A DNA stretch of 64,000 nucleotides from Anaeromyxobacteraceae bacterium (GCA_047602405.1 JASGHJ010000001.1:1-64000); one strand, 5' to 3'; positions 1 to 11,380 are shown, counted from the stretch's first letter. A program made the numbers and translations. The notes: a model not told the origin generated them from the letters alone.

Positions 1-238
1 AGTGGAACCGGATGTACCTCGTGCGCCTCGGCCAGCGCTTCGAGACGTACCGCGGGCTCGAGGGCACGCTCGACCTCGGCATCGGCGCGGCGCACACCGA
101 CAAGTGGAAGAGCTGGGTCCAGCTCGGCCTGGGCGTGCATCTCAACATCAATCCGACCAGTTCTTCGTGACCGGCGGAATCACCTTCGAGCAGAACGGCC
201 TCGTCCGCCTCACGGCCGGCCTCGGCGCGCGGTTCTGA
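1..238 (+). CDS. 3' part of putative outer-membrane beta-barrel protein (mirror of 26073-26585; partial, frameshifted)
   Basis: Ends GLVRLTAGLGARF like the right-arm copy. Confidence 0.6.
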   Translation, partial: VEPDVPRAPRPALRDVPRARGHARPRHRRGAHRQVEELGPARPGRASQHQSDQFFVTGGITFEQNGLVRLTAGLGARF

Positions 239-254
239 AGACCGCTGGTCTCGA

Positions 255-308
255 GCGTGCTTCGACTCCGGCTCCTGCTGCGCAGGCGCCTACGCTCAGC
301 ATGAGCAG
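255..308 (-). repeat. REP-like element (mirror of 26003-26056)
   Basis: Reverse complement of the right-arm copy. Confidence 0.65.
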
Positions 309-419
309 GAAGTCAAAGAGACCCCAACCGGGGCTGTCCCGCCGCCTTGACGCGCGGGGTGGGGCTCTTAAATCGACGGTTGTCGAATCGACGCATGTCG
401 ATACGGCGCCGCGCGCTCC

Positions 420-780
420 ATGGCCCCCGCCTCCTCGAGCCCCCTCGCCGATCCCGTCGTGCGCGTCCGCGCGCGCTCGGCAATCCCACCCGCTACCGCA
501 TCCTCCGGTCGATCGCGGCGCGCGGCGAGGTGAGCTGCCAGGAGCTGACCGAGCCTCTTCCAGCTCGCCCAGGCGACAATCTCCCACCACCTCAAGGTCC
601 TCGCCGAGGCCGGCCTCGTGTCGGTGCGGGTCGAGGGGCCGTACCACCACTACCGCGCCCTCAAGGGCGCCCTCGCCGCGCACGGCAAGGCCGTCGCGGC
701 GGCGTTCGCAGGAAGCGGGGGGCGCCCGAGGCGGGCCGCCGCCCGCCCGTCCCCCCGCAGCAGAAGGACCGCATGCATGA
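420..780 (+). CDS. ArsR/SmtB regulator (mirror copy, frameshifted by probable sequencing errors)
   Basis: Mirror of intact 25528-25890. PTRYRIL and HHLKVL pieces lie in different frames. Confidence 0.75.
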
Positions 781-1389
781 AGAAGCTCGTCCTCGCCGCA
801 GTCCTCGCCCTCCCGGCGTTCTCCTTCGCGCAGTCGACCTGGGACTTCAATCCCGCCCACGGCCGCGCCTCGTTCACCGTCCGGCACATGGGCATCTCGA
901 ACGTGCGCGGCGAGTTCCAGAAGATGACCGGCAAGCTCGTGCTCGACGAGAAGGACGTCACGAAGTCCTCGGTCGAGGCCACCATCGAGACCGCCTCCGT
1001 CAACACCCGCATCGACAAGCGCGACGGCCACCTCAAGTCGCCGGACTTCTTCGACGTCGCGAAGTACCCGACCATCACCTTCAAGTCCACGAAGGTCGAG
1101 AAGGCCGGCGAGGGCAAGCTCAAGGTCACGGGCGACCTCACCATGAAGGGCGTCACGAAGCCGGTCGTCCTCGACGTCACCGGCCCCGGCGCGCCGGTGA
1201 AGAACTGGGCCGGCAAGGAGCTCCGCGGCGTCGAGGCCACCGCCACCATCAACCGCAAGGACTGGGGCGTAGAACTGGTCCAACATGGTCGAGGGCGTCG
1301 CGGTCGTCGCCGATGACGTGAAAATCGAGCTCGAGGCCGAGCTCGTGAAGGCCGACGCCGCCGCGACCCCGGCCGCCGGGAAGAAGTAG
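777..1389 (+). CDS. YceI-family protein (mirror copy, frameshift near 1270)
   Basis: MKKLVLAAVLALPAFSFAQ...RDGHLKSPDFFD; mirror of 24920-25531. Confidence 0.85.
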
Positions 1390-1513
1390 CCCCGCCCCGG
1401 GGGTCCGCAGTTCTCGCCCGGGCGTCCGCGCGGCAGACCGCGCCGGGGCCGTCCGGGCCTCGTCGTTTCGGGCACCTGCCGGCGCGGCCCGGGCCTCGCT
1501 CTCGTCCCGGGGC

Positions 1514-2216
1514 GTGACCGAACCCCACGCCCCCGGCGACGCGACCTCCGGCAGCTCCGCCCCCACCGACCGCCCCCGCGAGCGCGTCCTCTCCGACGGG
1601 CCCCGCGTCCTCTCCGACGCGGACCTTCTCGCGCTCGTGCTCGGCACCGGCTCCGCCGGCCGCTCCGCGCGCGCCGCCGCCCTCGCCGTGCTCGAGCGGC
1701 TGTCCCTGGCCGAGCTCGCCTGGGCCCCTGCCCGACCTGATCGCCGCCTCGCCGGCTTCGGCCCCGCCCGCGCCGCCGCCGTGGCCGCGGCCTTCGAACT
1801 CGGCCGCCGGGGCGCGTGGTCGCCCCGCGCACCGCGGCGACCGCTGCCTCGACCCGCGCCGCGTCGACGAGCTCATGCGCCACGCCGCGCAGCGCCGAGC
1901 GCGAGGCGTTCCACGTGGTGCTCCTCGACGTCCGGGGCCCGCTCATGCGCGCGGTGCAGAACGCGCGCCGTCGCTCACGCAGTGCCCGGTCTCGCCGCGC
2001 ACGCGCTCCGCCCCGCGGTGCGGGAGGGGGGCGCACGGCGTGATTTTCGTGCACAACCACCCTTCCGGCAATTCCTCGCCCTCGTCCGAGGACGTCGACC
2101 TCACCGAGCGCCTCCGCGCCGCCGCCGAGCTCGTCGGCGTCGTCGCGCGCGACCACGTGATCGTGGCCTCCGGCGGGTACTTCTCGTTCGTGGAGGCGGG
2201 GCGGTGGAGGAGGTGA
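1514..2216 (+). CDS. radC: RadC/JAB-domain protein (mirror copy, several frameshifts)
   Basis: [19 protein letters not shown] and HNHPSG..PSSED; mirror of 24099-24800. Confidence 0.8.
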
Positions 2217-2220
2217 ACGC

Positions 2221-5127
2221 CTACTTCTTCTTCCGCGCCGCCGGCTTCGCCGCCGCCTTCACCGGCGCGGGCGCCTTGCCCGCGGCCTTCGGCGCCCCGC
2301 CGGCCTCCGCGAGCACCTTCTGCACGTCCTCCGCCTTCGCGCCCGCCCGCTGCGCGCGCAGCGCGAGGCCGCGGGCACCGGCGGGGTCCCCGGCCGCGAG
2401 CGCGGCCCGGGCCCCGGCGAGGAGCGCGCCGGGATCCTTCGGCGCCGCGGCGACCGCGCGGTCCGCCGCGCGGCGGGCCTCGGTCGCCTCGCCCTCGGCG
2501 AGCCACGCCGCGGAGACGAGCGTGAGCGCGGCGGCGTCCTTCGGCTGGGCGAGGAGCACCGCGTCGAGGTCGGCGCGCGCCGCGGCGGGCTGGCCGCCGA
2601 GCAGGCGGGCCTGGCCGAGGTCGCGGCGGGCGTCGAGGTCGGAGTGTCGAGCTTCACCGCCTCGGAGAGCGCGGCGACCGCGGCGGCGCCGTCGCCCCGC
2701 GCCGCGAGCAGGCGGCCGAGCGCGGCGTGCCCCTCCGGCGCGCGCGGCTCCCGCGCCACGGCGTCGCGGTAGGCCTTCTCGGCGCAGGCGGCGTCGGCGA
2801 GCGCCTCGCAGGCCTTGCCGAGCGCGACCGCGGCGAGCGGCGGCGGCGCGGCGGCGCCGGCGAGCCGCTCGAGGAGCGGCCGGGCCCGGTCGGCGCGGCC
2901 GAGGGCCACGTCGGCGAGGGCGTCGAGCACCGCGGCGTCGGACGGCATGCGCCCGTTCCGCACGGTCTTCTCGAGCTCGGCGCGGGCTTCCGCGAAGCAG
3001 CCCATCCGCTCGAGGGCGAGGGCGCGCTGCACGCGGGCGGCGCGCTCCTCGCGGCCGCCGAGCGCCTTCAGGGCGTCCTGCGGCTTCCCGCGGCCGGTGA
3101 GGGCGCGCGCGAGCAGCACCCGCGGGCCGAGGTCCTTCGGCGCGAGCGCGACGGCGCGCAACGCGGCGGCCTCGGCGCCGTCCCAGGCGCGGGCCGAGAG
3201 CTGGACCTCGGCGAGCGCGGCGGCGAGCGGGGCCGAGTCGCCGAGCGCCTGCGTCGCGGTCTTGAGCCGGGTGACCGCGCCGGCGACGTCGCCGAGCCCG
3301 GCGAGCACCTTCGCGAACGCGGTCGCGAACCGGAGCTTCAGCGAGGCGGGCGGCGGGCTCGCGGGGATCGGCCTCGAGCGCCTCGAGGTCCTCGCGCGCC
3401 CTCACGAGGTCGCGGCCGAGGGCGAGGCGCGCCTCCGCCGCGCCCACCACCGAGCGCGGGTGGGTCCGGTGCGCGGCGAGCGCCGGCGCGTAGAAGTCGA
3501 GCGCGCCCTCGGCGTCCCCCGCCGCGAGCGCGGAGTCCCCGAGCGCGGCGAGCGCCCGCAGCATCGGGGGCGACGAGCGCGCCGCGATCTCGAGCCGCCC
3601 GCGGCCCGCGTCCACCTCGCCGCGCGCGACGAGGAGCTCGCCGGCGAGCGTGGTGAGGAGCGGCGGGCCGGAGGGCCGGGCGTCGAGCACGGCCGCCTCG
3701 GCCGCCTTCCGCTCCGGGCTGCCCGGCGGCGCGACGAGCAGCCGGGCGGCGACGCCGCCCTCGCCGGCGGTGCCCGCCTCGACGAGCTCCCGGGCGAGCG
3801 TCGCCGCGGACGGATCGCCGTGGTCGGAGGCGAGGAGCCCCGCGACCTGGGCCTGCAGGGAGGCGAGGCCGGGGTCGTCGGGCTTCTGCCCCCGGGCCTC
3901 GGCGAGGAGGGTGGCCGCCTCGCGGAGGGAGCCGGCGGTGTCGCGGGCGAGGCCGGCGCGGGCGCGGGTGAGCGCGGTGCGGGCGAGCTCGGCGGAGCGC
4001 GCGGAGCGCACGGCCAGGAACACCCCCGCCGCCGCGAGCACCGCGAGGACGATGACCGCCCCGAGCACGAGCCGGCCGCGGCCCGCCGCCGCCTGCGGCG
4101 CCGCGGTCGCGAGCAGCTTCTGCCGGACCTCCTCGCCGTAGCTCGCGGCGATCTGCTCGGCCTCGGCCTCGCGCTGCTCGCGCTCGCCGGGCAGCTGCGG
4201 CGGCTTGTGGATGCCGGTCATCCGCCGGATGGGCGCGGCGGCGTTCTCGGGGATGAGGTCGAGGATCGACTTCCCGGGCGGGAGCGGAGGCGGCGCGGCC
4301 GGGGCTGGCGCCGGGCCCGGCTCCGGGCTCCCGGGCGGCCGGAGCACGAGGTCGACCTCGGTCGTCGCGTCGTCCTCGAGGTCGAACGGTCCGGCGGCCG
4401 GCGGCGCGGCCGGGGCCGGCGGAGGCGCGGGCGACGGGGTCGTGCGGCCGGCCAGCGGAGGCGGCGGGCGGGATGGCCCCGCCGCGACCGGCGGCGTGAG
4501 CGCGGGCGGGATCACGACCGCCGGGGTCGGCCGGGTCCGCGACGGATCGCCGTCGAGCGGCGGCATGAGCGGGGCGGGCGGAGGCCGGGTCCCGGCGGCC
4601 GCCGCCTCGACGAACGGGTCGTCCTCGAGGATGGGCGCCGGGGTCAGCGCGCGAAAGGGGAGCGGCCGGTACGGCTCGGTGTGCTCCTCCGAGCCCTTCG
4701 GGCGCGCGGGCGGCTGGCCGTCGCCCCGCACCCGGCGCTTCGCCTCCTCGTACCAGGCGCGCACCCGGTCGTCGGCCGGCTGCAGCTCCGCGGCGCGGGC
4801 GAGCACCGGGAGCGCCTCCTTCGCCATGTTCTTCGCGAGGAGCGCCTCGCCGACGAGGTTGTAGGCGTACGGGCTGCCGGGGTCGAGCGCGATGGAAATC
4901 TCGAACTGATCGAGCGCGCCCTTCCGGTCGTTCGACTCGAGGAGCGCCCGCCCCCAGATGACGCGGCCCAGGATCGAGGACGGGTGGTGCTCGAGCCCCC
5001 GCTGGCACACGTCGATCGCGCGCGCCGCGTCGCCGCGCTCGAGCAGGGCGCGGGCGAGCTCCACGAAGATCCGGGACTTCGGATCCGACGCGAAGATCTG
5101 CTCGTACTTCTCGACGATCGAGGCCAT
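2221..5127 (-). CDS. Large membrane-anchored TPR protein (mirror copy, compensating frameshifts about 2645-3365)
   Basis: N-terminal TPRs, Pro-rich linker, TM segment, Ala/Leu/Arg helical repeats. Confidence 0.85.
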   Translation of the reverse strand: MASIVEKYEQIFASDPKSRIFVELARALLERGDAARAIDVCQRGLEHHPSSILGRVIWGRALLESNDRKGALDQFEISIALDPGSPYAYNLVGEALLAKNMAKEALPVLARAAELQPADDRVRAWYEEAKRRVRGDGQPPARPKGSEEHTEPYRPLPFRALTPAPILEDDPFVEAAAAGTRPPPAPLMPPLDGDPSRTRPTPAVVIPPALTPPVAAGPSRPPPPLAGRTTPSPAPPPAPAAPPAAGPFDLEDDATTEVDLVLRPPGSPEPGPAPAPAAPPPLPPGKSILDLIPENAAAPIRRMTGIHKPPQLPGEREQREAEAEQIAASYGEEVRQKLLATAAPQAAAGRGRLVLGAVIVLAVLAAAGVFLAVRSARSAELARTALTRARAGLARDTAGSLREAATLLAEARGQKPDDPGLASLQAQVAGLLASDHGDPSAATLARELVEAGTAGEGGVAARLLVAPPGSPERKAAEAAVLDARPSGPPLLTTLAGELLVARGEVDAGRGRLEIAARSSPPMLRALAALGDSALAAGDAEGALDFYAPALAAHRTHPRSVVGAAEARLALGRDLVRAREDLEALEADPREPAARLAEAPVRDRVREGARRARRRRRRGHPAQDRDAGARRLGPARRRARRGPALGPRLGRRRGRRVARRRARAEGPRPAGAARARPHRPREAAGRPEGARRPRGARRPRAARPRPRADGLLRGSPRRAREDRAERAHAVRRRGARRPRRRGPRPRRPGPAAPRAARRRRRAAAARRGRARQGLRGARRRRLRREGLPRRRGAGAARAGGARRARPPARGAGRRRRRGRRALRGGEARHSDLDARRDLGQARLLGGQPAAARADLDAVLLAQPKDAAALTLVSAAWLAEGEATEARRAADRAVAAAPKDPGALLAGARAALAAGDPAGARGLALRAQRAGAKAEDVQKVLAEAGGAPKAAGKAPAPVKAAAKPAARKKK

Positions 5128-5295
5128 GAGGGAGGCGACGGCGAGGTCCGGAGCCTACCACGCCGGCGCGCCTGGCCCGGTGCTGACCAGGGGCTTGTCC
5201 CCTGGCGAAGGGGCCCGCGATGAGGCCCGCGGGCCATGACGCAGCGCCCGCGGGCGCCGTGAGGCGCTCCGTGGGCCCTGGGCGCAGCGCGCCGC

Positions 5296-5778
5296 CTAGA
5301 ACGGGATGTCGTCCGGCCCGGAGCCGCCGCCACCGCCGCCGTGGGAGCCGTCGTCCATGTCGCCGGGAGGCGGACCCATGTCGTCGTGCGAGGACCGGCC
5401 ACCGCCGCCGCCCCCGCCACCACCGCCGCCGGGGCCACCCGCGCCGCCGCGGCCGCCCAGGAACCGCACGGTCTCGGCGACCACCTTGACCTTGTAGCGC
5501 TCCTGGTTGGTCTGCTTGTCCTGCCACTTGTCGGTCTTGAGGCGACCCTCGACGTAGACCTGGCGGCCCTTCGCGAGGTACTCGCCGCACTGCTCGGCCT
5601 GCTTCCCCCAGACCTCGACGTCGTGCCACTCCGTCTCCTCCTTGCGCTGGCCGGACTGCTTGTCCGTCCACGAGCGGGAGGTGGCGATGCGGAGGTTGGC
5701 GACGGCCTGGCCGCCGGAGGTGTAGCGGACCTCGGGGTCCTTGCCGAGGTTGCCGACGAGGATGACGCGGTTGACCAT
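5296..5778 (-). CDS. ssb: Single-stranded DNA-binding protein (mirror copy)
   Basis: [19 protein letters not shown]...Gly-rich tail...DDIPF. Confidence 0.95.
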   Translation of the reverse strand: MVNRVILVGNLGKDPEVRYTSGGQAVANLRIATSRSWTDKQSGQRKEETEWHDVEVWGKQAEQCGEYLAKGRQVYVEGRLKTDKWQDKQTNQERYKVKVVAETVRFLGGRGGAGGPGGGGGGGGGGGRSSHDDMGPPPGDMDDGSHGGGGGGSGPDDIPF

Positions 5779-5910
5779 GGACTGCTCCTTGTGACGGCGC
5801 CTTGGCTTCCGAAGCTCGGCGGCGCCGCTGCGATGGTGAGGGACGGAACCTAGCCCCGCCCTCTGACACCGGCCCTCAGAAGGGCAGCCCACGGCCGGCC
5901 GAGCACGCGG

Positions 5911-6426
5911 TTGAATGCCCGCATGGTCGAGGGGGCGCAGGACGCCGGGACGCGGGCCATCGTCGTCTACAAGGCGGCGAAGTCGGTCCTCGTGCTCGCG
6001 CTCCTCGTGGCCATCGTCGCGCTCGCCCGCGGCGGCGACGCCGCGCTCGCCGAGCGGCTCGCCGCGGCGGCCCACCACCACCTCTCGAACCGGCTCGCAA
6101 TCTGGGTCAGCCGGGCGCTCGGCCTCGTCGCGCAGGGGCACCGGCTGCGCCTCGTGGAGCTCGGGCTCGCCTTCGAGGCGGCGCTCTCCACGCTCGAGGC
6201 CTGGGCGCTCCACCGCGGGCGGCGGTGGGGCGCCTGGCTCGTGCTCGTCGCGTCGCTCTCGCCGGTGCCCTGGGAGGTGCGCGCGATCGTCCACCGGGCG
6301 AGCCCGGTCCGCCTCGCGGTGCTCCTCGTGAACCTCGGGATCGCGGCCTACCTCGCGCGAGGGCTCTGGCGCGAGCGCCACGCGGCGTCGCGACCGGGCG
6401 GGCCACCGCCCGGCGGCCCGGACTAG
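5911..6426 (+). CDS. DUF2127-like membrane protein (intact in this arm; start may be ATG 5923)
   Basis: [10 protein letters not shown]..., [29 protein letters not shown]; 4 hydrophobic segments. Confidence 0.7.
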   Translation: MNARMVEGAQDAGTRAIVVYKAAKSVLVLALLVAIVALARGGDAALAERLAAAAHHHLSNRLAIWVSRALGLVAQGHRLRLVELGLAFEAALSTLEAWALHRGRRWGAWLVLVASLSPVPWEVRAIVHRASPVRLAVLLVNLGIAAYLARGLWRERHAASRPGGPPPGGPD

Positions 6427-6887
6427 CCCTTCCGCCCCGCGGCCGCGCGGATGGCCTCGCGCAGGCGGTCGGCCTGGAACGGCTTCTCGACGCACGGCAC
6501 GTCGCACGAGGCGAGGTACCGGGTGGAGGCGTCGGTGAAGGCGCCGCCCGTCAGGAACACGAAGCGCCGCGCGAGCGCGGGGTCGCGCGCCGCGATCCGC
6601 GCGTGCAGGTCGCAGCCGCTCATGCCCGGGAGCGCGAGGTCGCAGACCACGGCGTCGTACCGGTCGCCGCCCTCGATCGTGGCGAGCGCGTCCTCGGCGG
6701 TCTCGGCGACGCACACGGCGTGCTCGGCCGCGAGGAGCCGCACGACCGCGCGGGAGACGAGGGGCTCGTCGTCCACCACCAGCACGGAGAGGCGCGCGGC
6801 GGTCGCCGTCCGCGGCGCGGCCGGGACCGGGGTCCGGCGCGCGCCGGCCGCGGGATCGTCGGTGGGTTCGAGGTCCTCGTCCTTCAC
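6423..6887 (-). CDS. Single-domain response regulator (mirror copy)
   Basis: VLVVDDE, VVCDL..PGMSG, TG, EKPF. Confidence 0.9.
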   Translation of the reverse strand: MKDEDLEPTDDPAAGARRTPVPAAPRTATAARLSVLVVDDEPLVSRAVVRLLAAEHAVCVAETAEDALATIEGGDRYDAVVCDLALPGMSGCDLHARIAARDPALARRFVFLTGGAFTDASTRYLASCDVPCVEKPFQADRLREAIRAAAGRKG

Positions 6888-7008
6888 GGCGAGGAAGGTA
6901 GCGCAGGGCGCCGGCCCGCGCGCGTCGGCCCGTGCCCGATCGTGCCGTGGGTGGTTCCCACGCGCCGTGAAGGGGGAGCCCCGACACCCGGAGGTGTGTG
7001 GGTCGGGG

Positions 7009-7392
7009 TCACGCCACCGGGCGGGCCATCGCGCCGAGGAGTTGGGTGAGCCCCGCGGTGTCGTCCCGCTGGAGCACCCGGTGGACGCCGAGGCGGCGCG
7101 CCCGCAGCAGGAGCTCGTCCTCGAGGTCCCCCGCGAGGAGCAGGACCGCCGTCGCGGGCCACCGGTGGAGGATGGTCGCCGCGAGCGTCACGCCGGCGTT
7201 GCCCTCGCACTCCGCGTCGATCACCGCCGCGAGGAACGGCGCCTGCTCGAGGGCGCGCAGCCCCTCCGAGGCGTGGGCCACCGCGATGATCACGTCCGCG
7301 TCGCGCCCGTCCAGGAGCGCGCCGACGAGCCGCTCGCGCACGGGGGACGAGGGCTCGACGAGGAGGATCCGCGGGGGGTCCCGGTGGGCCAT
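7009..7392 (-). CDS. Atypical receiver-domain protein (mirror copy)
   Basis: RILLVE...AAVID...VLLLA receiver pattern without DD or KP motifs. Confidence 0.65.
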   Translation of the reverse strand: MAHRDPPRILLVEPSSPVRERLVGALLDGRDADVIIAVAHASEGLRALEQAPFLAAVIDAECEGNAGVTLAATILHRWPATAVLLLAGDLEDELLLRARRLGVHRVLQRDDTAGLTQLLGAMARPVA

Positions 7393-7515
7393 CCCCCGGA
7401 GGATGCCACCCGCCCGTCCGCCCCGCTGCCCTGCGTTCCACCGGTCGTCGCGTCGGGTGAAGCCCTACGGACGCAGCGTCGAACCGGGCCGGGAGCCCGG
7501 CACCGGGCCGGGACC

Positions 7516-8148
7516 TCAGTCGACGAGCCGGTGCTTGAGCGCGTAGCGGGTGAGCTCGACGTTGGACGAGATGCCGAGCTTGTCGGCGATGCGGGCCCGG
7601 TAGGTCGTCACGGTCTTCTCCGAGACGTGGAGCTCCACGCCAATCTCCTTCGAGGAGAGGCCGGTCGCGACGAGGCGGAGCACCTGGAGCTCCCGGTTCG
7701 AGAGCGCCTCGTGGGCGGGCCGCTCGAAGTCGCCGCCGACGAGCGCGGCGAGCTTCTCGGCGAGCGACGCGGTCACGTACTTGCCGCCCGCGAGCACCTT
7801 CCTGACCGCGCTCACGAGCTCGTCGCCGGCGCTCGCCTTCGTGAGGAAGCCGGCGGCGCCGAGCTGCATGCAGCGGACGGCGAACTCGTCCTCGGGGAGC
7901 GAGGTGAGGACGAGCGCCGGCAGCTGCGGGTGGAGGCGCCGGATCTCGGAGAGGAGGGAGAGCCCGTCGCGCCCGGGCAGGTTGAGGTCGACGAGCACCA
8001 CGTCCCAGGGCTCGCGCGAGAGGGCGGCGAGCGCGTCCTGCGCGGCCGGCACGCCCGCGCAGCGCGCCCCCGGCCAGGCCTCGGCGAGCACCTGCTCGAG
8101 GCCGCGGCGCAGCATGGGGTGGTCGTCCACGATGAGGACCCTGATCAC
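7516..8148 (-). CDS. NarL/FixJ-family response regulator (mirror copy)
   Basis: IRVLIVDDHP receiver and LSNRELQVL LuxR-type HTH. Confidence 0.93.
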   Translation of the reverse strand: MIRVLIVDDHPMLRRGLEQVLAEAWPGARCAGVPAAQDALAALSREPWDVVLVDLNLPGRDGLSLLSEIRRLHPQLPALVLTSLPEDEFAVRCMQLGAAGFLTKASAGDELVSAVRKVLAGGKYVTASLAEKLAALVGGDFERPAHEALSNRELQVLRLVATGLSSKEIGVELHVSEKTVTTYRARIADKLGISSNVELTRYALKHRLVD

Positions 8149-9980
8149 GGCGTCGCCTCCGCGGCCCCGAGCGGCAGGACCGCCGTCACCCGCGTGCCCT
8201 TCGCCGCGGCCTCGACGGACACCTCGCCGCCGAGCCGCTCCGCCCGCTCCCGCATGCCGAGGAGCCCCATGCCGCGGCCGCGCGCGCCCGGCCCGGGCAG
8301 CCCGCAGCCATCGTCGCGGATCTCGAGCCGCGCCCGGCCGCCCTCGACGGCGAGCGCCACCCGCACCGCCCCGGCGCGCGCGTGGCGCGCGACGTTCGTG
8401 AGGGCCTCCTGCGCGATGCGGTAGAGCGCGGTCGCGACGGCGGTCGGCAGCTCGCCGGGGAGGTCCGGCGCGTCCACGGCGGTGGCGATGCCGGTGCGCT
8501 CCTCGAAGCGCCGGCCCTCCTGGCGCAGGGCGGCGGGCAGCCCCAGCTGGTCGAGCGCGAGCGGGCGGAGCTCGGCCGCGATGCGGCGGACGGAGGACAC
8601 CGCCTGGTCGACGAGCTCGGTGGCCTCGAGGGTGCGGTCGAGCAGCGCGCCCGCGGCGGCGTCCGGCGGCAGGTCGGCGAGCTTCCGCTCGAGGTACCGC
8701 AGGTCCATCTTCGCCGCGGTGAGGAGCTGGCCCATGTCGTCGTGGAGGTCGCGGGCGAGCCGGGCCTTCTCCTCCTCGCGCGCCTCGTCGATGCGGCCCG
8801 CGAGGCCGCGGAGCTCCTCGCGCGAGGCGGCGAGCGCGTTCCGGTCGCGCAGCGCGCCGATGCCGTAGGCGAGGTCGTCGGCGAGCTGCTGGAGGAGCGG
8901 CACCACCGGACCGTCGAAGGCGTCGCGCTCCGAGGCGTAGAACGCGAGCACGCCGAAGCAGCGGTCGGGCCCGACCAGGGGGAGCGCGATGGAGCCCACG
9001 AACCCGTGGGCGGCGGCCTTCTCGCGCCAGGGGGCGAAGCGCTCCTCGGTGGCGTGGTCCCGGAAGAGCACCATCCGGCGCTCGCGCACCGCGGTGCCGG
9101 CCGGGCCGCGGCCGCGCTCCGCGTCGGCCCAGGTGAGCCTCAGCCCGGCGGCGTAGTCGTCGTGCGGTCCCCAGCTCGCGGCGGTGAGGATCGAGCGATC
9201 GGGATCGTCGCGCACGTCGCCCACCCACGCGTAGGCGAAGCCGCCCGTCTCGACCACGCTCCGGCAGAGCTCGCGCAGGAGCTCGACCTCGGACCGCGCC
9301 CGCACCAGCGCCTCGTTGCACTCGAGGAGGACCCGCAGCGCCCGGTTCGCGAGGGTGGTCTCGCGCTCGTGCCGCCGGACCTGCTCGAGCTCGCGGGACT
9401 CGGCCTCGAGCGCGCCCTGGATCGCCCGGTGGAGCAGCCGCTGCACGGCGAGGCTGAGCGCGAGCACGACGCCCACCGTGAGCGCGAGCGCGGTGCCGGT
9501 GCGGACCCAGGGGCCCGGCCGGGAGAAGTCCGCGAGGTCGCCGTCCGGCGCGCCGAGCAGCCCCGCCACCCGCGCGACGCCCACCGCCGCGAAGGCGGCG
9601 ATCGCGAAGCCCGAGGCGACGAGCGCCCAGCGCCAGGGGAGGAACGCGGCCGCCACGAAGCAGGCGAGGAGGAGGTACGCGCCGTTGCCGGCGAGCGGGC
9701 CGTAGCTCGCGGCCGCGCTCGTGGCGAGCACGAGGACGAGCAGGAAGAGGAGGGCCCCCGCGATCGCGACGCGCCGCCGGAACCCCCACGCGCCGGCGCC
9801 GAGCGCGAGGAGGGCCACGAACCGGAAGGCGGCGTGCGGGGAGAGCTGGCCGTCCCCGAGCTCGATCACGGTCGTGATCAGGAACTGGAGGGCGGTCGCG
9901 GGCACGACCCAGAGCGCCACCCCGAGCAGCGAGCGCCGGGCGGACTCGAGCGGCGGGAGCGGCCGGGCGGCGGCGCTCAT
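8145..9980 (-). CDS. Membrane GAF/HisKA_3 sensor histidine kinase (mirror copy)
   Basis: Same protein as 16332-18167. Confidence 0.92.
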   Translation of the reverse strand: MSAAARPLPPLESARRSLLGVALWVVPATALQFLITTVIELGDGQLSPHAAFRFVALLALGAGAWGFRRRVAIAGALLFLLVLVLATSAAASYGPLAGNGAYLLLACFVAAAFLPWRWALVASGFAIAAFAAVGVARVAGLLGAPDGDLADFSRPGPWVRTGTALALTVGVVLALSLAVQRLLHRAIQGALEAESRELEQVRRHERETTLANRALRVLLECNEALVRARSEVELLRELCRSVVETGGFAYAWVGDVRDDPDRSILTAASWGPHDDYAAGLRLTWADAERGRGPAGTAVRERRMVLFRDHATEERFAPWREKAAAHGFVGSIALPLVGPDRCFGVLAFYASERDAFDGPVVPLLQQLADDLAYGIGALRDRNALAASREELRGLAGRIDEAREEEKARLARDLHDDMGQLLTAAKMDLRYLERKLADLPPDAAAGALLDRTLEATELVDQAVSSVRRIAAELRPLALDQLGLPAALRQEGRRFEERTGIATAVDAPDLPGELPTAVATALYRIAQEALTNVARHARAGAVRVALAVEGGRARLEIRDDGCGLPGPGARGRGMGLLGMRERAERLGGEVSVEAAAKGTRVTAVLPLGAAEATP

Positions 9981-11380
9981 CCGGTCCCCGCCTCCGCCAC
10001 GTCGAGCGCGACGAGGTCCTCGAAGGTCTCCGCGCGGCGGAGCAGCGCCGCCTCGCCGCCCTCCACGATCACGATCGCCGGGCGGGGAAACGAGAAGGAG
10101 CTCGCGAAGGGGACGAAGTACGCGCCCGCGTCCATCACCGCGAGGGCGTCGCCCGGGGAGAGCCGCGGCAGCCGCACCGAGGCGCGCAGGAGGTCGCCGG
10201 GGCTGGACATGGGCCCGACGAGCGACTGCGGGCCGCCGGGCGCCTCGGCCATCCGGTCGGCCGCGTACAGCTGGTGGAACTCCCCGCGCACGCACTCGGC
10301 GAGGTTGATGCCGGCGTCGAGGATCACCCAGGGCCGCTCCGCCGCGGGGTCCTTCACCGCGTGCACGCTCGCGAGGAGGAGCTGGGCGTCGCCGAAGAGC
10401 GCGCGCCCGGGCTCGAGGACGATCCGCGGGGCGGGGCGCCCGAGCCGCCGGTGGTGCGCCTCCACCTCGCCGAGGAGCGCGTCCACCCACCCGCGCGGCG
10501 AGAGCGTCGCGGCGGGGTCGGGCGGCGGGTGGTCGAGGTCGAGGGCGGAGTTGAGCCGGCGCGCGAGGGCGCCGAGCGGCGCGACGGTCGGGGTGGCCAG
10601 GCTGCCGCCGAGGTCGAGGGTGCCGGGCTCGAGGCCGAGCGCCGCGCGGGCCTCGTCGGCGAGCGCGAGCACCTCGCGCGCGTGCTGGAGGGCGTCCTCG
10701 CGGGTGCGCTGCATGCCCCCGGGGTGCGCGTGCAGGGCCACCACCTCGAGGTCGGGCGAGCCCTGCGCGGCGCGGAGCGCGCGCAGCGCGGCCCCGCCGG
10801 CGATCGGCGCGCCGAACTGGGCGCTCCAGCCGCGCGTGGTCGCGACCCGCACGCCCACGCGGGCGCGGCGGCCGGCGGCGCGCGCGGCGGCGGCCACCTC
10901 GGGGAGCTCCTCGGGGTGGTTCACGTTGAGGAGCACGCCGGCGGCGATCGCGTCCCGGAGCGCGTCCGGCGCCTTCACGGGGCCGTTGAAGGTGATCCGG
11001 TCGGGCGGGACGCCGAGCCGCCGCGCGAGCCACAGCTCGTACGCGCTGATGACCTCGGCGCCGAGGCCGGCGGCGTGCAGCCGGGCGAGGACGCCGGGCA
11101 CCGGGTTCGTCTTGTAGGAGACGTGCACGTCGGGGCGCAGCCCCGGCCGGTCGGCGGCGAGCCAGGCGCGCGCGTTCGCGGCCAGGCGGTCCCCGAGCAC
11201 CACGAAGAGCGGCGAGCCGAAGCGCGCCCTCAGCTCCGAGAGGGGCTGCCCCGCGAGGGAGAGGCGGCCGCCCGCGGTCACCTCGAGGCCCCACGTGGCG
11301 GGCGGCAACGGCGAGGCGCCGCGAGCGAGCGCGCGGGCGGCGGGGGTCAGGAGCCGCTTGAGGATTCTCTTCGCACCCAA
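9977..11380 (-). CDS. Orn/DAP/Arg decarboxylase-family PLP enzyme (mirror copy)
   Basis: Same protein as 14932-16335. Confidence 0.88.
   Translation of the reverse strand: MGAKRILKRLLTPAARALARGASPLPPATWGLEVTAGGRLSLAGQPLSELRARFGSPLFVVLGDRLAANARAWLAADRPGLRPDVHVSYKTNPVPGVLARLHAAGLGAEVISAYELWLARRLGVPPDRITFNGPVKAPDALRDAIAAGVLLNVNHPEELPEVAAAARAAGRRARVGVRVATTRGWSAQFGAPIAGGAALRALRAAQGSPDLEVVALHAHPGGMQRTREDALQHAREVLALADEARAALGLEPGTLDLGGSLATPTVAPLGALARRLNSALDLDHPPPDPAATLSPRGWVDALLGEVEAHHRRLGRPAPRIVLEPGRALFGDAQLLLASVHAVKDPAAERPWVILDAGINLAECVRGEFHQLYAADRMAEAPGGPQSLVGPMSSPGDLLRASVRLPRLSPGDALAVMDAGAYFVPFASSFSFPRPAIVIVEGGEAALLRRAETFEDLVALDVAEAGTG

Noticed and set aside
420..2216. Frameshifted ArsR, YceI and RadC as pseudogenes of a decaying duplication
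   Set aside because: Indels cluster at the window start and at GATC sites, and both arms carry errors that the other repairs. This fits sequencing noise, not decay.
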